NCBI GenBank assembly: GCA_002269645.1
Contig: NIVC01002338.1
Span: 62,001 to 126,000 of the forward strand
DNA length: 64,000 nt
From: Macrostomum lignano
Lineage: Eukaryota
Direction of reading: 5' to 3'
Shown: positions 26,936 through 39,395 of the stretch, in pieces
How positions within the stretch are numbered: the stretch's first letter is position 1
Layout of the letters: every line of letters begins with the position of its first letter
Notes under the pieces: model-generated
Told to the model about the DNA's origin: nothing
Seen by the model: only the letters and a program-made list of their open reading frames with translations
The model's database searches: none
Made by a program: the position numbers and the translations under genes

Positions 26936-27039
26936 CTGAGAGGTTTATTTTTTGTTAAGATTGTCTATCTTAGACTGCTCATTACATCTAGAGATTTCGA
27001 AGATATAATGTCAACTGGACCTAAATATTTTGATAGACT

Positions 27040-27720
27040 GTTAACCACATCAGAACCTTTGGATAAACTGTCCATCGCATCTAGATATTTCAAAAGACTG
27101 TCCACTAAATCTAGATATTTCAAAAGACTGTCCACTAAATCTAGATATTTCGATAGACTGTCCACTATATCTAGATATTTCGATAGACTGTCCACTAAAT
27201 CTAGATATTTCGATAGACTGTTCACTAAATCTAGATATTTCAAAAGACTGTCCACTAAATCTAGATATTTCGATAGACTGTCCGCTAAATCTAGATATTT
27301 TGATGATAGATTGTCCACTAAATCTAGATATTTTGATACTGTCCACTATATCTAGATATTTCGATAGACTGTCCACTATATCTAGATATTTCGATAGACT
27401 GTCCCCTAAATCTATATATTTCGATAGACTGTCCACTATATCTAGATATTTCGATAGACTGTCCACTAAATCTAGATATTTCGATAGACTGTCCACTAAA
27501 TCTAGATATTTCAAAAGACTGTCCACTAAATCTAGATATTTCGATAGACTGTCCACTATATCTAGATATTTCGATAGACTGTCCACTAAATCTAGATATT
27601 TCGATAGACTGTCCGCTAAATCTAGATATTTTGATGATAGATTGTCCACTAAATCTAGATATTTTGATACTGTCCACAAAATCTAGATATTTCGATAGAC
27701 TGTCCATCACATCTAGATAC
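27040..27720. repeat. 30-bp minisatellite (GATAGACTGTCCACTAAATCTAGATATTTC), about 22 units
   Basis: 30-bp period; an indel-bearing block is duplicated (about 27300 and 27650). Confidence 0.9.
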
Positions 27721-29628
27721 TCTGATTAAAACCCTGTTGCATTCCAGATATAATATTTGAATCGATTGTTCACCAGTATTTAAATTTTATTTAGCCAGAT
27801 TACTCACGATTTGACATGCGTAGTTTTTTCGCACGGAATTCAATAACAAGAAAGACAGAAAACCAAGTGTCTAGGAACTTCGCTAGAAAGTTGTGTCAGC
27901 AGCAACAGTAGCTACCAGGACACGTACGCTGCACTTATTTGAAGCTGTGAAGTGAAAAGGAGTAGCGCATCAAGTATAGTTGTGCAATATTAAATTTGTA
28001 CACTGACTTATTTGTATACAGCTAGTAAGCTAGTTTAGATTAAAAATAGTGGATTCCAGCTATAGGACCCTCTGTCTCGAATGTAGTTTATAAAGCAATT
28101 GGCTTATTGAAGCAGTTAATTTACATAGTACGCATAGGCAAGAGATGGCTTACCTAAAGGCAGCTATATCTAGCTAGAACGTAAGTGAAAAATTAATATA
28201 CAGTCATACATGTATATAGTTAAGTCATATCCTGTGTGCCAACACTAGTAACAGCTAGCTGGCTTAGCCAAGATCAATAACAAAAAAGCAACCTGCACAT
28301 ATGATTTGAAATGCGAAGTTCTCTCTCTCTCTTTCTCTCTCTCTCCAGCCACTGCGCCATTACTGCAGTTTATTATAATTATTTATTTGCCACACAGAGA
28401 CCATTTCTAGCATATAGCCGACTGTATTAGATACATAAATAAGGGAACTTCGCATTACTTATAAACTTGGATTATTGGTTAATTTCTTGTAAGGAACTTC
28501 TCCTTTGCGATAAATATGAACACAAGAGTAAACCCGCAAAGTACAGCGTGTACATGCCTTAATAAATTCCTATACCTGTTTATTAAAATTTTCGAAAAAG
28601 AAATGAAAACTCGCATAACGAAGTCAAATATACATAACAAACATACAAAAGTACACGGTCACATGCACTTTATTTATTATATAGTTAAGCAAATCCAAGA
28701 TAATCCGCTTTGCATATTTCGAATATTGAATTTGACAAAACAAAACATAAGTGCATAACTTTTATCAAGGTAACAAATATATAGTAAGAATTATTTAACA
28801 CAACAAAGTACAAATAAAATGATAAATAACGCACAATATAGACATTGTGAGTGACCAATTGTTTAAAAAAGACGTCCCCATCTATTGAAGTCGTATGAAA
28901 TAATGCGCTAATAATAAAATAACTAGAGATCCAGACGTTAAATCGCAAATTGTATTTATTGCATACAGTACTCGCACATACTACTGAATAGTACAGGAAA
29001 AGTAGTCACAAAGCGATTTTTATTGCCGCAAAAGAGTTCACAAGTACAGGTTTAAGGACGAGATGTACAAAATAAATAAATTATGAAATCGTAGTTGCAA
29101 TTTAGTTCGTACACAGGCGATTTAAACTATCATCAGCATATTTATAATATACGAATACATAAAACCAAGCAAAAGTTATTTGTGCAGAATTTAACTAAAT
29201 ATACTCGTAGCAACAGTTACAACAAATTTACAGTCGCTATACTCGGACGCAAAAGAGCACAGACAAATCAAAGAGTATTATTAAGTAGTAGAAAACGCGT
29301 GCAGAATACAAAACTGCAACTATACAGTTGAACAATACAATAAATGTACACTTAAGCTACTAACTAAGACAGACAGAATAGATAAGACAGAATTATTTAT
29401 TCAATCATGTTAGAATTTACATCCATAGCCCCCCGCTAGCCTTAATAAACAATAAAATACATATAAAATTATGATTAGGTTGCATAATGTTCTTATCTCC
29501 ATAGCGACTTATCTTTAGCATCATAATAACAACTTAAAACAGGCTTCTTTACAATATGTAATTGACGCCTAAATTCTAGAAGAAACAGAAAGGACAGGAC
29601 TTTACACCTGTTTTTGTACTATTTTGTT

Positions 29629-29943
29629 TCAGTTAGTTCTATCGGCTGAGAGCAGTCACGTGACAACTTTCAGTTCTATTGGCTGAGAGCAGTCACGTGA
29701 TAACTGTTTCAGTTCTATTGGCTGAGAGTAGTCACGTGACAACTGTTTCAGTTCCATTGGCTGAGAGTAGTCACGTGACAACTGTTTCAGTTCCATTGGC
29801 TGAGAGCAGTCACGTGACAAACTGTTTCAGTTCCATTGGCTGAGAGCAGTCACGTGACAAACTGTTTCAGTTCTATTGGCTGAGAGCAGTCACGTGACAA
29901 CTGTTTCAGTAATATTGACTGAGAGCAATGCATTCACGTGACC
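29629..29943. repeat. 39-bp tandem array, each unit a CCAAT-box/E-box composite
   Basis: TTCAGTTCTATTGGCTGAGAGCAGTCACGTGACAACTGT, 8 copies; six units have both ATTGG and CACGTG intact. Confidence 0.92.
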
Positions 29944-30075
29944 GTTTATCTAGAAACGAATTTTCTCACTGTAAATACGTTTGCAATCAAGTTGTCCTTT
30001 TTGCACGTTTGTACGTCTTTGTACTTGAAATTTGTGATAAAACGCGTGAATTTAAGAAAAAATATTGTTTGAACA

Positions 30076-30921
30076 TTAGGTAAGCGGATGCAACTGATTG
30101 ACATGCCTATCCAACGAATAGCGGTGGGTGAACTGCTTTGGACAGAATCTGCAAGCAAATGGTTTATGCCCGCTGTGCGTGCGCAGATGCGAGTCCAGGT
30201 GCACTTTCTGACGAAACGATTTATCACAATGGACGCAAGGAAACGGTCGCTGATCGGAATGTTTCATCATGTGCCGACTCAGCGAGTATTGATGCGGAAA
30301 CGATCGATCGCACGAGGTGCATTTGAAAGGCCGAGCGCCAGAATGCGTCATCAAATGATGGCTCAGGTGAGTTTTCTGTTTAAACTGCTTGTAGCAGACA
30401 TCGCATTTGTAAGGCTTGTCTGGATCATCTTGCTGCGGAGGCTGCTGATGCTGCTGCTGTTGCTGCTGACTTGGCTGCTGTGGCTGATGCTGCTGCTGTT
30501 GCTGCTGACTCTGACCCTGTCCCTGCTGCTGTCTAGGCTGGCCCATAGTCAGCGGATCGTGTATGACGTTGTGCCTCTCAAACGATGCCCGATCGCCAAA
30601 CGACCTCTCGCAGATGTTGCAAGTGTAAACTGGGGCAAAGCTAATACGAAAGTTGCCTATTAATAAATCGCCAAAATTGAATGCGGCTGCGGGATTCTGG
30701 AGCTGCTGGCTGGCAGCTGGATTAGGCTGCTGGGGTAATTGCTGCTGCAACTGATGCGGTATGGCCTGCTGCAGAGGCTGCTGGTGATGCTGATGCTGAT
30801 GCTGCTGATGTGACAGAGGCAACTGAGACTGCTGATGCAGCTGGTGATGCTGCACTAATTGCTGGTTGTGCAAGACAACGTCTCGATTTAGTAAAACTGG
30901 CTTGTATGCATCCTGAAGCAT
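30076..30921 (-). CDS. Gln/His-rich C2H2 zinc-finger transcription factor (5 fingers)
   Basis: One isolated finger (CNICERSF...HNVIH) plus four tandem fingers with SGARP/SDQRP/SGHKP linkers; TAA at 30076. The ATG at 30921 follows a pyrimidine-rich AG, so the true start could lie upstream. Confidence 0.88.
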   Translation of the reverse strand: MLQDAYKPVLLNRDVVLHNQQLVQHHQLHQQSQLPLSHQQHQHQHHQQPLQQAIPHQLQQQLPQQPNPAASQQLQNPAAAFNFGDLLIGNFRISFAPVYTCNICERSFGDRASFERHNVIHDPLTMGQPRQQQGQGQSQQQQQQHQPQQPSQQQQQQHQQPPQQDDPDKPYKCDVCYKQFKQKTHLSHHLMTHSGARPFKCTSCDRSFPHQYSLSRHMMKHSDQRPFPCVHCDKSFRQKVHLDSHLRTHSGHKPFACRFCPKQFTHRYSLDRHVNQLHPLT

Positions 30922-31756
30922 GTCAAGAAACTGATTTGAGAAGAATGACAAAAATTTCTATACATACTTTTTCAACATTGCACAAATAAGATTCCACATG
31001 TTTTTATATGCATTCTGAGTTTGAGCATGTATCTTTTGACAATTTACTGTCATAAAATAGCATAAAGTAACAGTATTCACGATGATTAATTCAATACTAT
31101 GTATAAGATATTCAAAATCTTTCTAATTTTTTCCAGTAAGCTATTCATAGCCTATAAATATATAACAACCATTCCAACAAATATTCAATAACAATGAAAC
31201 CAAAAGCAAACCGTTGCCTCGCTTTAGTCACTTAACCTTATTCTTTTCAGCAAAGCTCTTTATATAAGCATTGCAATTTAATTTTATAGATGAAATGCAA
31301 ATAGAGAAAGATTATGTAATTTATGAAAGGGGTATGCAATACACATGCTAAGAATATAAATTAGTAAGAATATAGGCTACATATGAATTAAAAATCTAGG
31401 TTGCTTTTAAACTCTTGTTTTTTTTACAGATGAGCTTCACTGTCTCTTTGTGCCTTTACTACTTTACTGTGCCCTACTGTGTCTTTTATAGATATTTTAG
31501 AGACAAGCGCAAGTCCCATATGAATTATTAATAAACAAGGCAAACAATTGAGGCAACAAATTTTGATGGTGAGCAATATAAAATAAATAAATGCCTCTGG
31601 AGGCTATACAAGCTTCTAGAAACATGAAAGAAAGTTCTGGGACCAAAATCTTTCAAAAGAAAGCAGAGCTTCTAAAAGCCAGCATATCAGGCTGGGAAAA
31701 GCTAATATCTATATTAAAAGTTATAAGCAACACTTTTGAGTCTTGTCTTCTAACTA

Positions 31757-32074
31757 ATGCAGATGATAGCACCTTACTCTTCTAATAATGGCACCCATTT
31801 TGCTAATGATGGCACCCATTTTACCAGTGACAGCACCTATGCTACTTGTGATGGCACCTATTCTACCCATGATAGTACCTATTCTAATGGTGACAATGCT
31901 CATTCTACTAGTGATAGCACCTATTTTGCCAGTGATAGTACCAATTCTATTGGTGATAGCACCCATTCTGCTAGTGATAGCATCAATTTTGCCAGTAACA
32001 ATGCCCAAGCTACTAGTGACAGCATCCATTTTAGTAGTGATAGTGCCTATTCTACCAATGATAGTGCCTATTAG
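31757..32074. repeat. Highly degenerate 21-bp repeat (about 14 units)
   Basis: 7-residue periodicity in three open frames. Confidence 0.75.
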
Positions 32075-32430
32075 TAGCAAGTTGCAAATTCTACTTCTTC
32101 ATGCTTACTTTTATCATCTAGCTATTATTTAGTATCTGCTATGAGAGATATCAGTCTTGTAGTGCAGAATTCACCCATCTTTTCAACTGAGGAATGAAGT
32201 TATTTTTTACAGTCCTGGAGACCTTTTTTATTTATCATCATATCATCAGCTATCATATCATCAGCTATAATTTCAAATAAAATAAACCACAAAAAATCTC
32301 CAATCACTGTGTCATGTGTCTTCAAAGACTCTTTACCAGAATATCAGATTGAACTGATTCAATCAACAGTGTACAAAGTCAAAGGAAGAGCAATAGTATC
32401 TCCCACCTAGCATGTGACAACTACAGAAAC

Positions 32431-32875
32431 GGATCAACTTCTGCTGGTTTGCTATTAGGCCTGGCGCCAAAAGAACAGTTTATTCTAAAAATAGCCTTTG
32501 AGTTAGCCTTGTTTATTTAGAGATATGCAGTCTCTGCCCACTTTCTCCAAAGAGCGTACAGCCTTCTCTCTTCCCTTGGGCGAATTGGCCGCTCTTCCCC
32601 CCCCCCAGTTGAACAGGTGTTTCCTTTGATAAAACTTTTATAATAAGAATATTTTGTTTAAAACTATTTGCCATTTTTAGTAAACTGACTATAAATATAA
32701 GCATGAAAGCTTCCATTAAGGATCAACTTCTGCTGGTTTGCTATTAGGCCTGGCGCCAAAAGAACAGTTTATTCTAAAAATAGCCTTTGAGTCAGCCTTG
32801 TTTATTTAGAGATATGCAGTCTCTGCCTACTTTCTCCAAAGAGCGTACAGCCTTCTCTCTTCCCTTGGGTGAATC
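32431..32875. repeat. About 155-bp direct duplication (32431-32585 and 32720-32875)
   Basis: GGATCAACTTCTGCTGG...TCTTCCCTTGGG, near-identical, offset 289 bp. Confidence 0.85.
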
Positions 32876-34169
32876 GGCGAATCCCTAGACTTTCCAGCCC
32901 AGACTGACATTCTGTCAACTCCCCTGCCGGATTCTCTGTCTGCCTAATCTCCTTCTAATTCTAGTCCCTTATTAGGCATGCTGCCTCCTTCCCTACTAGA
33001 CAACATATCTTCCATGCAAGAATTCTCTATTAGCCATTGAAATTCCCCGTTAGTGCACTCTATTTCCCAGGCAACTTGATCTGTCACGTAGCCCTCCCTT
33101 GGACTAATATTAGCTGATAGAAATATAGACAGTGTCTTGCTGCTTGGACACTATGCCAATAGGAGCAACCTCAGGCTTACTCCTTCTAGTAATAATATTT
33201 CCATATTTCTCCCTAAATCTTAAGAAATTCCCGAAAATCCCCTGTAATAATCTAGTTTTAGCAATACAATAAAGTTAGTAACCCCCAACCTATAACAATT
33301 TTGGTATCAGCAGTATAATTATTAACAGAGAGCAAAGAGGTCTGTTACACAACCTTGCAAGAAAGTTTAGTTTCTAATCTAAACATTAATTGCCTGCCAT
33401 CTATCTGTCACTGCTTATAACAACCTATAAGCCAAAGATGGTTCTCTAAGCTAAAGTAGACACTTACAAGTTGTTGCAGCATGATAGACGAAAGCACTTA
33501 GAATCTCTACTTCTACTTTGGTGCCATTTTAGCAAATCTACTATTTCTTTTAGAAAGGTTCTAGACTCTTTTGCTATGCTAACTTTTTGATTTCCCAATC
33601 CCAATACCAAATGGTCCCATAAGATCTAGATTTGAATAGCCAAATTATAGTTTTTGGTACAAGATATGGCTTTTTTAGCTAAAAATATAAGTTGATAAAT
33701 TAAAATTTTATTGTGATGCTTTTGTCTAATATCTAGCCATTTTATAATCACTCTTATTATTGATTTGGCCTAATCAAAAAGCCTATGAACATATATTATA
33801 TATATTATATAACCATTAGTATATATTAAAAGCTTTTTATTTAAACATTTAAATTTATAAACATGTATGCTCATAGCCAGGCCTAGCTTATGATTTTCTC
33901 ATTTGATTTTAACAGTTATAATAATATATTTTAGGTCCTAAAGGTTTAAAATATTTTTAGTAATCTTCAATTATATGTAAGTATCAACAATAATATAAAT
34001 ATATACATGCATATGTACAAGTGCTAGTTGACCTAGCCAATCTAGCCATTGTAAATTGTGGTAAACAAGGGGCAAAGTCATCAAGTCATCGAGCTATTGA
34101 ATTGAAGAAATACAAGACCATCTTCTCTCAAGGGCCACACAATCTCAGCTGAACTGATAGTCATTTACA

Positions 34170-34625
34170 ACATCATGCTAAAGGATAGAGATCCTGTACA
34201 TCTACCAACACAAAGGATTCTGCTGCATCTGTTGCCCAAGGTACACTAGCTGCTTGACAATCTACTTGCCAAAGGCATGATTTGACTGAGCTTTTCTAGC
34301 TACAACACCCCACTGGTGATCATCCCAAAGAAAAACAGAAACCTGAGGATTGTACAAGATTTTCCGAGTCTGAACCAAAAGTGTGAGTACTTTCTATACC
34401 CAATTCCTAACATCCAAGAAGCATTTGATAGCCTTGAAGGAAGCCAGCTGTTTAGCAATTTTGATATGAATAGCAGCTACTATCAGATTTCACTGTATCA
34501 AGAAGATCAAGACCTGACTGCCTTCACCATGCTGCACTGCAGACAATTTGCCTATAATTTTATGCTGATAGAACTAAGCTCAGCCTTAGCCAGCTTTATG
34601 TGCCTAATGAATGCTCTGCTCAACA
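34170..34625 (+). pseudogene. Decayed Ty3/gypsy reverse transcriptase fragment
   Basis: LLAKGMI*...PLVIIPKKNRNLRIVQDFPSLNQ...YPIPNIQEAFDSLEGSQLFSNFDMNSSYYQI...DLTAF...MLIELSSALASF: RT motifs 1-3 with stops; truncated before the YxDD motif. Confidence 0.85.
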
Positions 34626-35784
34626 GGATTGTCTACAATACTCATAGACATAATGCAACCATTGGTACCATCATTGGAGTTGTAATAGGCCTAAGATCTG
34701 GCAATAAGATCATTGTTTCCTCTTGTTTGTATGCCATTTTGGATAATAAAACAGAAGAAAAAAGAAGAAGAAAGTCCACTGCTAATAAATGGTTATGTAT
34801 ATATATTGTTGGGGGGTCATGTTTAGACCACTATGTGGGTAAAAGTAGAGACCAAAAAGTAAAAAGAATGATACAATTAAATTCTATAAAAAATTCTAAA
34901 ACAAAAAACAGGTGCCAGCAATTGGGGGACTAGATTCATTAGTAGAAATAGTTGTTTAAAGTTTTTAAATGAAATTTTACAATACATAAAAAATTTCTTC
35001 AAAAAACCTATAAAAAGTAAAATTTATTGTCTTTTCTATCTATTATCATTAACATTGTTTTACTACACCTTTCTTTTTTTATGTGTTGTCATTTTTTAGC
35101 AACATAGACAAAAAAATCACAAATGTGAAATTTAAAGAAAAAACCAAAAACTTTAAAATGTATATAACTTTTGTCAACATTGACTGATTCTCTAATAAAA
35201 TCATTTTGAAGCAAAATTTTATAATCTTTTGAACCTTTCCATCTTTATTCCATGAAAACTTCTATTTTTTAGAGTTTTTCTTAATCAAACATACTACCCT
35301 TTTTACCAATTTTCTAATTTTTCCACTTTTCCACATGGCTCAATGGACTTACTACCAATGTTTGGCTAGATCAATTCATGAGCAATGTACATGCCACCCT
35401 AGTTTTGACAAACAAGAGTTCCTGAGTTTTCTAGAGCCTGACTGACAAGTGACACACTAGTGACACTAGTGTTGTGACTAGCAGCATAGGTAAGTGACTA
35501 GCCAAGAGGCAAAGAATGTGCCAGCCAATGTGAATCAACACTGCAGCCAGAGCCTGCTATTCTCATGGAACTCCTATGCTGGGTGATCATAAGCTGCCCT
35601 GGCCCATGCTTTGTGAATGACTATGGTGTCTAGAGCCATCTGGCCAGATAGCATTCATCGCAGGAGGCAGCCCTAGCCAAAAAAACAAAGCCAGTCTTGT
35701 GGGCATGCAGCTGCAGTCAGAAATGGCTGGCTAGCAACTTTGCCTCTGCTGCAGCCCTATTGCAGCCAATGGCCATTTTTGTGG

Positions 35785-35900
35785 ATGGCGTCCGGCGCGG
35801 ATTGGCCTGGCGGCGGCGCGGCGCGCGGCGGCGGCGCGGCGCGTGGCGGCTGCGCGCGGTGGCGTGGCGTGTGGCGGCGGCGCACGGCGCGCGGCGAGCC
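35785..35900. repeat. GC-rich (GGCGC)n-like simple repeat
   Basis: Direct inspection. Confidence 0.75.
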
Positions 35901-38393
35901 ATTGACTGACTAATTGAACCAAATCACTGATCCTGGGGACTGGCCCTGGCGCAGTATGGGTAGATGTCTGGCGCGGGAAAGGGGGGCGTCCGGCGCGGTT
36001 CAGACCTTGGCTGCAATAGGGTGCTGCAGCCTAGTTATGCTAGTTATAAGGCATGTTAGATGCCAAGAGATCCTGGCAAGCATTAAGCAACTTTGTTGAA
36101 ATGTCAAAATTGCCAGTTTGGCTACAGCAATGAATCCAACTTGCCTGACAAGAACTGAGCCCTATAACAGAGCTAAAAGAGACATGTAGCCTGCAAATTG
36201 AGGTGGCTGAGTGCCTGCCAACTATGGCTGGTATCCATCAGCAGTGGCTAACTGCTCATTTTGCCCTAATGCTGCATGGCACCCTCATATATGTGGCAGG
36301 CAGTTGCCACTATATTTGAAACATTGGAAGTTGAATGAAACATTTTTGCATGAAATTTGTATTTTTTTCAGGACCAGTTCTAGAACTATTTTTTAACCCC
36401 AGGGCTATTTTTATCATTTTCCTAGTCCTAGTTATGGCTTTCCATTCCCAGTCCATAGTCCTCCCATGTCCCCCTGTTGGTTCTTTTCGTTTTCTTTTTT
36501 TCCACTTTGGTCTTCTGCTTTTTTGTTGGTCTATCCCATGGGTCCTTTCATTGTCTTGTGTTGTCCATGCATTTCCTTATGCATTGGCATGTTTGCCACT
36601 CACTATATATTTTACATATTTTGCATTATGCTCTTTTCAACTTTGATGGCTCAAACAATAAATTTTCCTGTTCTTTTCTTCTCTTTGTAACAATTAACTA
36701 TCTGACTAGTTTTACCTTTCTTTGAAGTATATAGCTTAACACTATGGCACATGCATAATCAATCTTAGCCGTCAATACTATTTTAGTAACAACTTTCATT
36801 GTCATTAAAATGCACATGCATATGCAAAAATTTTAAAAGGAAATTATTATAGAATGTAGGTCCCCTGCATCAAAAAATTCTTAAGCTCAAAATTGTATGC
36901 CAAAATAGCTAAACTCTCCAATGGTCTATACGACCATAGTTTGAAAGGTAATATATACACTGGGATTTTCCAGTGTATAATAAGGGTCTTACCATTTTTA
37001 GCATATATCAGGGCATACATGTGCTGTAGAAGTGGTTTTTGTTTCTAAGAAATACTAGTTTTAAAATGTTACACAAAAACTCTACTTTTGTTTTACTTTG
37101 CAAAATATTCTCAAATATTCTATGTTTGTCTAAGTACACACAAAAGAATTTAGTATAAATATGAGTGAAGTTTAGGGAAGTAGGATTCAACTTGCTCTCA
37201 CGAATTAAATTGTTTACAGCTTGTTCAATACTTATTCTCAGATCATTGCTTATTTTAAAGAGGTATTGAGAGTTGGGAATCAGGGATTCATGCAGAGAAA
37301 GTACTAAGAGTAATCGCTGTGACCTTCTAATCTCGGTAACGCCCAGACTGGAGAGAGAAAGTACATATACCAGTAAGACTGCTCAGGCCATATACTAAGA
37401 ATGCTACTAGACCATATACTAAAAATGCTACCAGACTAATATACTAAGAACACTACCAAATTAATACATAAGACGCTACCAGTACTCGTATATTCAAATG
37501 AAATTCTAAGAAACAGTTAAAAATACCAAAGGCAGAATTTAGTATCAGCAGTATAAATTTAATAGAGGGAAATTGAAAACATGCGACAACTTTGGTATCA
37601 GTGGTTGGGATTAAAATTGATAAAGTAGGAGGTAAAACACCTGTGACAACTTGGTGTCAGTGGCTGAGATTTCTAGATAGAGGAATCAGCCCTGTAACAG
37701 TGCAACAGTTGGCCGATCTGGCCAACCAATTTGGCTGCCAATCAAGGAAGTTGCAAAAATGCCCATCTAAAAAATACCTAAGTAGTAGTAGGGCCTACTA
37801 AGTAGCTGATGAGGCATTTTGTCTTAATAAGATGGTCCTAGTGACTCCTGCCATTTACCTAAAGTTGCGTTAAATTTGCCTAATGGTTTTTTATATGTAA
37901 GCGTCACATTTTTGGCCAAAAACTATGTCGCATTTTGTTAAAACTAAGTTACATGGCCAACCAAATTTTGGAGGTTACGCATGTATGTATTAGGGTATAT
38001 CTTAGCATACATGACATAGCAAATACAATGGTGTCAAATGACACTTTTTTATATTAGCATATAAACCTAGTGTACAAATGAGATCTTGTCATTTTTCCAG
38101 CATTAAACTTAGCATAGGCCTATGCATGATCTGGAATATAGCCAATAGTATGCTAGAAAATTCTGGTATATAGGCCTAGGTAACTTTCTGGAGTCTAGGG
38201 CCTAGGGAATGCTATAATTTCCTAGATTTAATAAAAAAATAATGTGTTGCTACTTAGGCACTGCTTGCTACTAGTACTATAGAAATATCTAAAAAATCAA
38301 AAAGGCTTAAATTTAAAGTAGGCCTAGTTATAGGCCTACTATAGCCTAGCCTAGGCAGCTAGGCCTAGAGAATATTATAATTATTAAATTAAA

Positions 38394-38838
38394 GGCAGTT
38401 GTTATTTGTCCAGTGACCAGATGAATAGCGATGTGGTTATTTTTCCAGTTACTGGATAATGACTATGCTTTCCTATTTATCCGGTTAATACTGGACAAAT
38501 CAATAGGCATTTTGTTATTTGTCCAGTAAAATTGATATTGCTAAAATATCTATTTCATAGAAACTACAAGGGTAAATATTCCTAGACTACAAAGACTTCT
38601 TACTTGTATCTTGATTATTATGTTGTTATACTAGTGTGGGTCTTATACACCAAATTATGCCAAACTGAATACACTGCTTTGCTTACACTAGGTCTAGTAT
38701 ACAAGAAAATTAATCAGTATACAAGAAAAGGTCTTAAACATCTAAAATATACATCACGAAACAAATAGATACTTGTGTTAGTAATTTAACCAGACAAATA
38801 GCAAAAAGGCACTGGTCACCGGACAAATAACAACTGCC
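38394..38838. mobile_element. Non-autonomous TIR element with 9-bp TSD (MULE- or Merlin-like)
   Basis: TIR GGCAGTTGTTATTTGTCC(A/G)GTGACCAG; TSD TAAATTAAA (38385-38393, 38839-38847); subterminal TTATTTGTCC repeats. Confidence 0.85.
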
Positions 38839-39034
38839 TAAATTAAAACAACTGATATCTGATAATTTTAGTGCAGAAACAAAAGCTTTAAGACAACTTA
38901 GTGTTAATGGTGGGGTGGAAATAGAGCTAAGGCGTATGACAATAATATTAAATTCAATTTAATTTACTATTGCTACAAAAAAGAAAAATGTTGAATATAA
39001 AGGCCTATTTTTATTAGGCCTATTAAAATAAAAT

Positions 39035-39395
39035 GGCAGTTGTTATTTGTCAGGTGACTGGACAAATGGCTTTTCCTATTTGTCTAGTTAAATTGCTAAC
39101 ACAAGTATCTATTTGTTTAGTGATAAATATTCTAGAATTTTAAGTCCTTTTCTCCTGTCCTGATTAATATTTCGTTATATACTAGTGCAAGCAAAGCGCA
39201 AGCAGATATGTGTAATACATATGCGATTCAGCATAATTTGGTATATAAGACATATACCAATAAAACAACTAATAGCCTAATCAATATACAAGTGAGAAGT
39301 CTGTTGAAGTCCAGGAATTTGCACCCTTAGGCTTGTAGTTTCTGTAGGCCTAGCATAAAATATCAATTTAACCAGACAAATATCAAAATGGGCAT
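39035..39395. mobile_element. Second, end-truncated copy of the 38394 element family
   Basis: Starts GGCAGTTGTTATTTGTC; its left arm is the reverse complement of 38707-38838; the right terminus is missing. Confidence 0.7.

Noticed and set aside
26965-27710. SKYLDLVDSL repeat as the RhoGAP N-terminus
   Set aside because: It contains 2-bp deletions and an in-frame stop before the exon.
10445-29943. Regular repeats as CRISPR arrays
   Set aside because: No unique spacers, no cas genes, eukaryotic context.
30630-30670. Small intron in the zinc-finger ORF
   Set aside because: An acceptor-like TTTGCCCCAG is present, but there is no GT donor and the frame is open through it.
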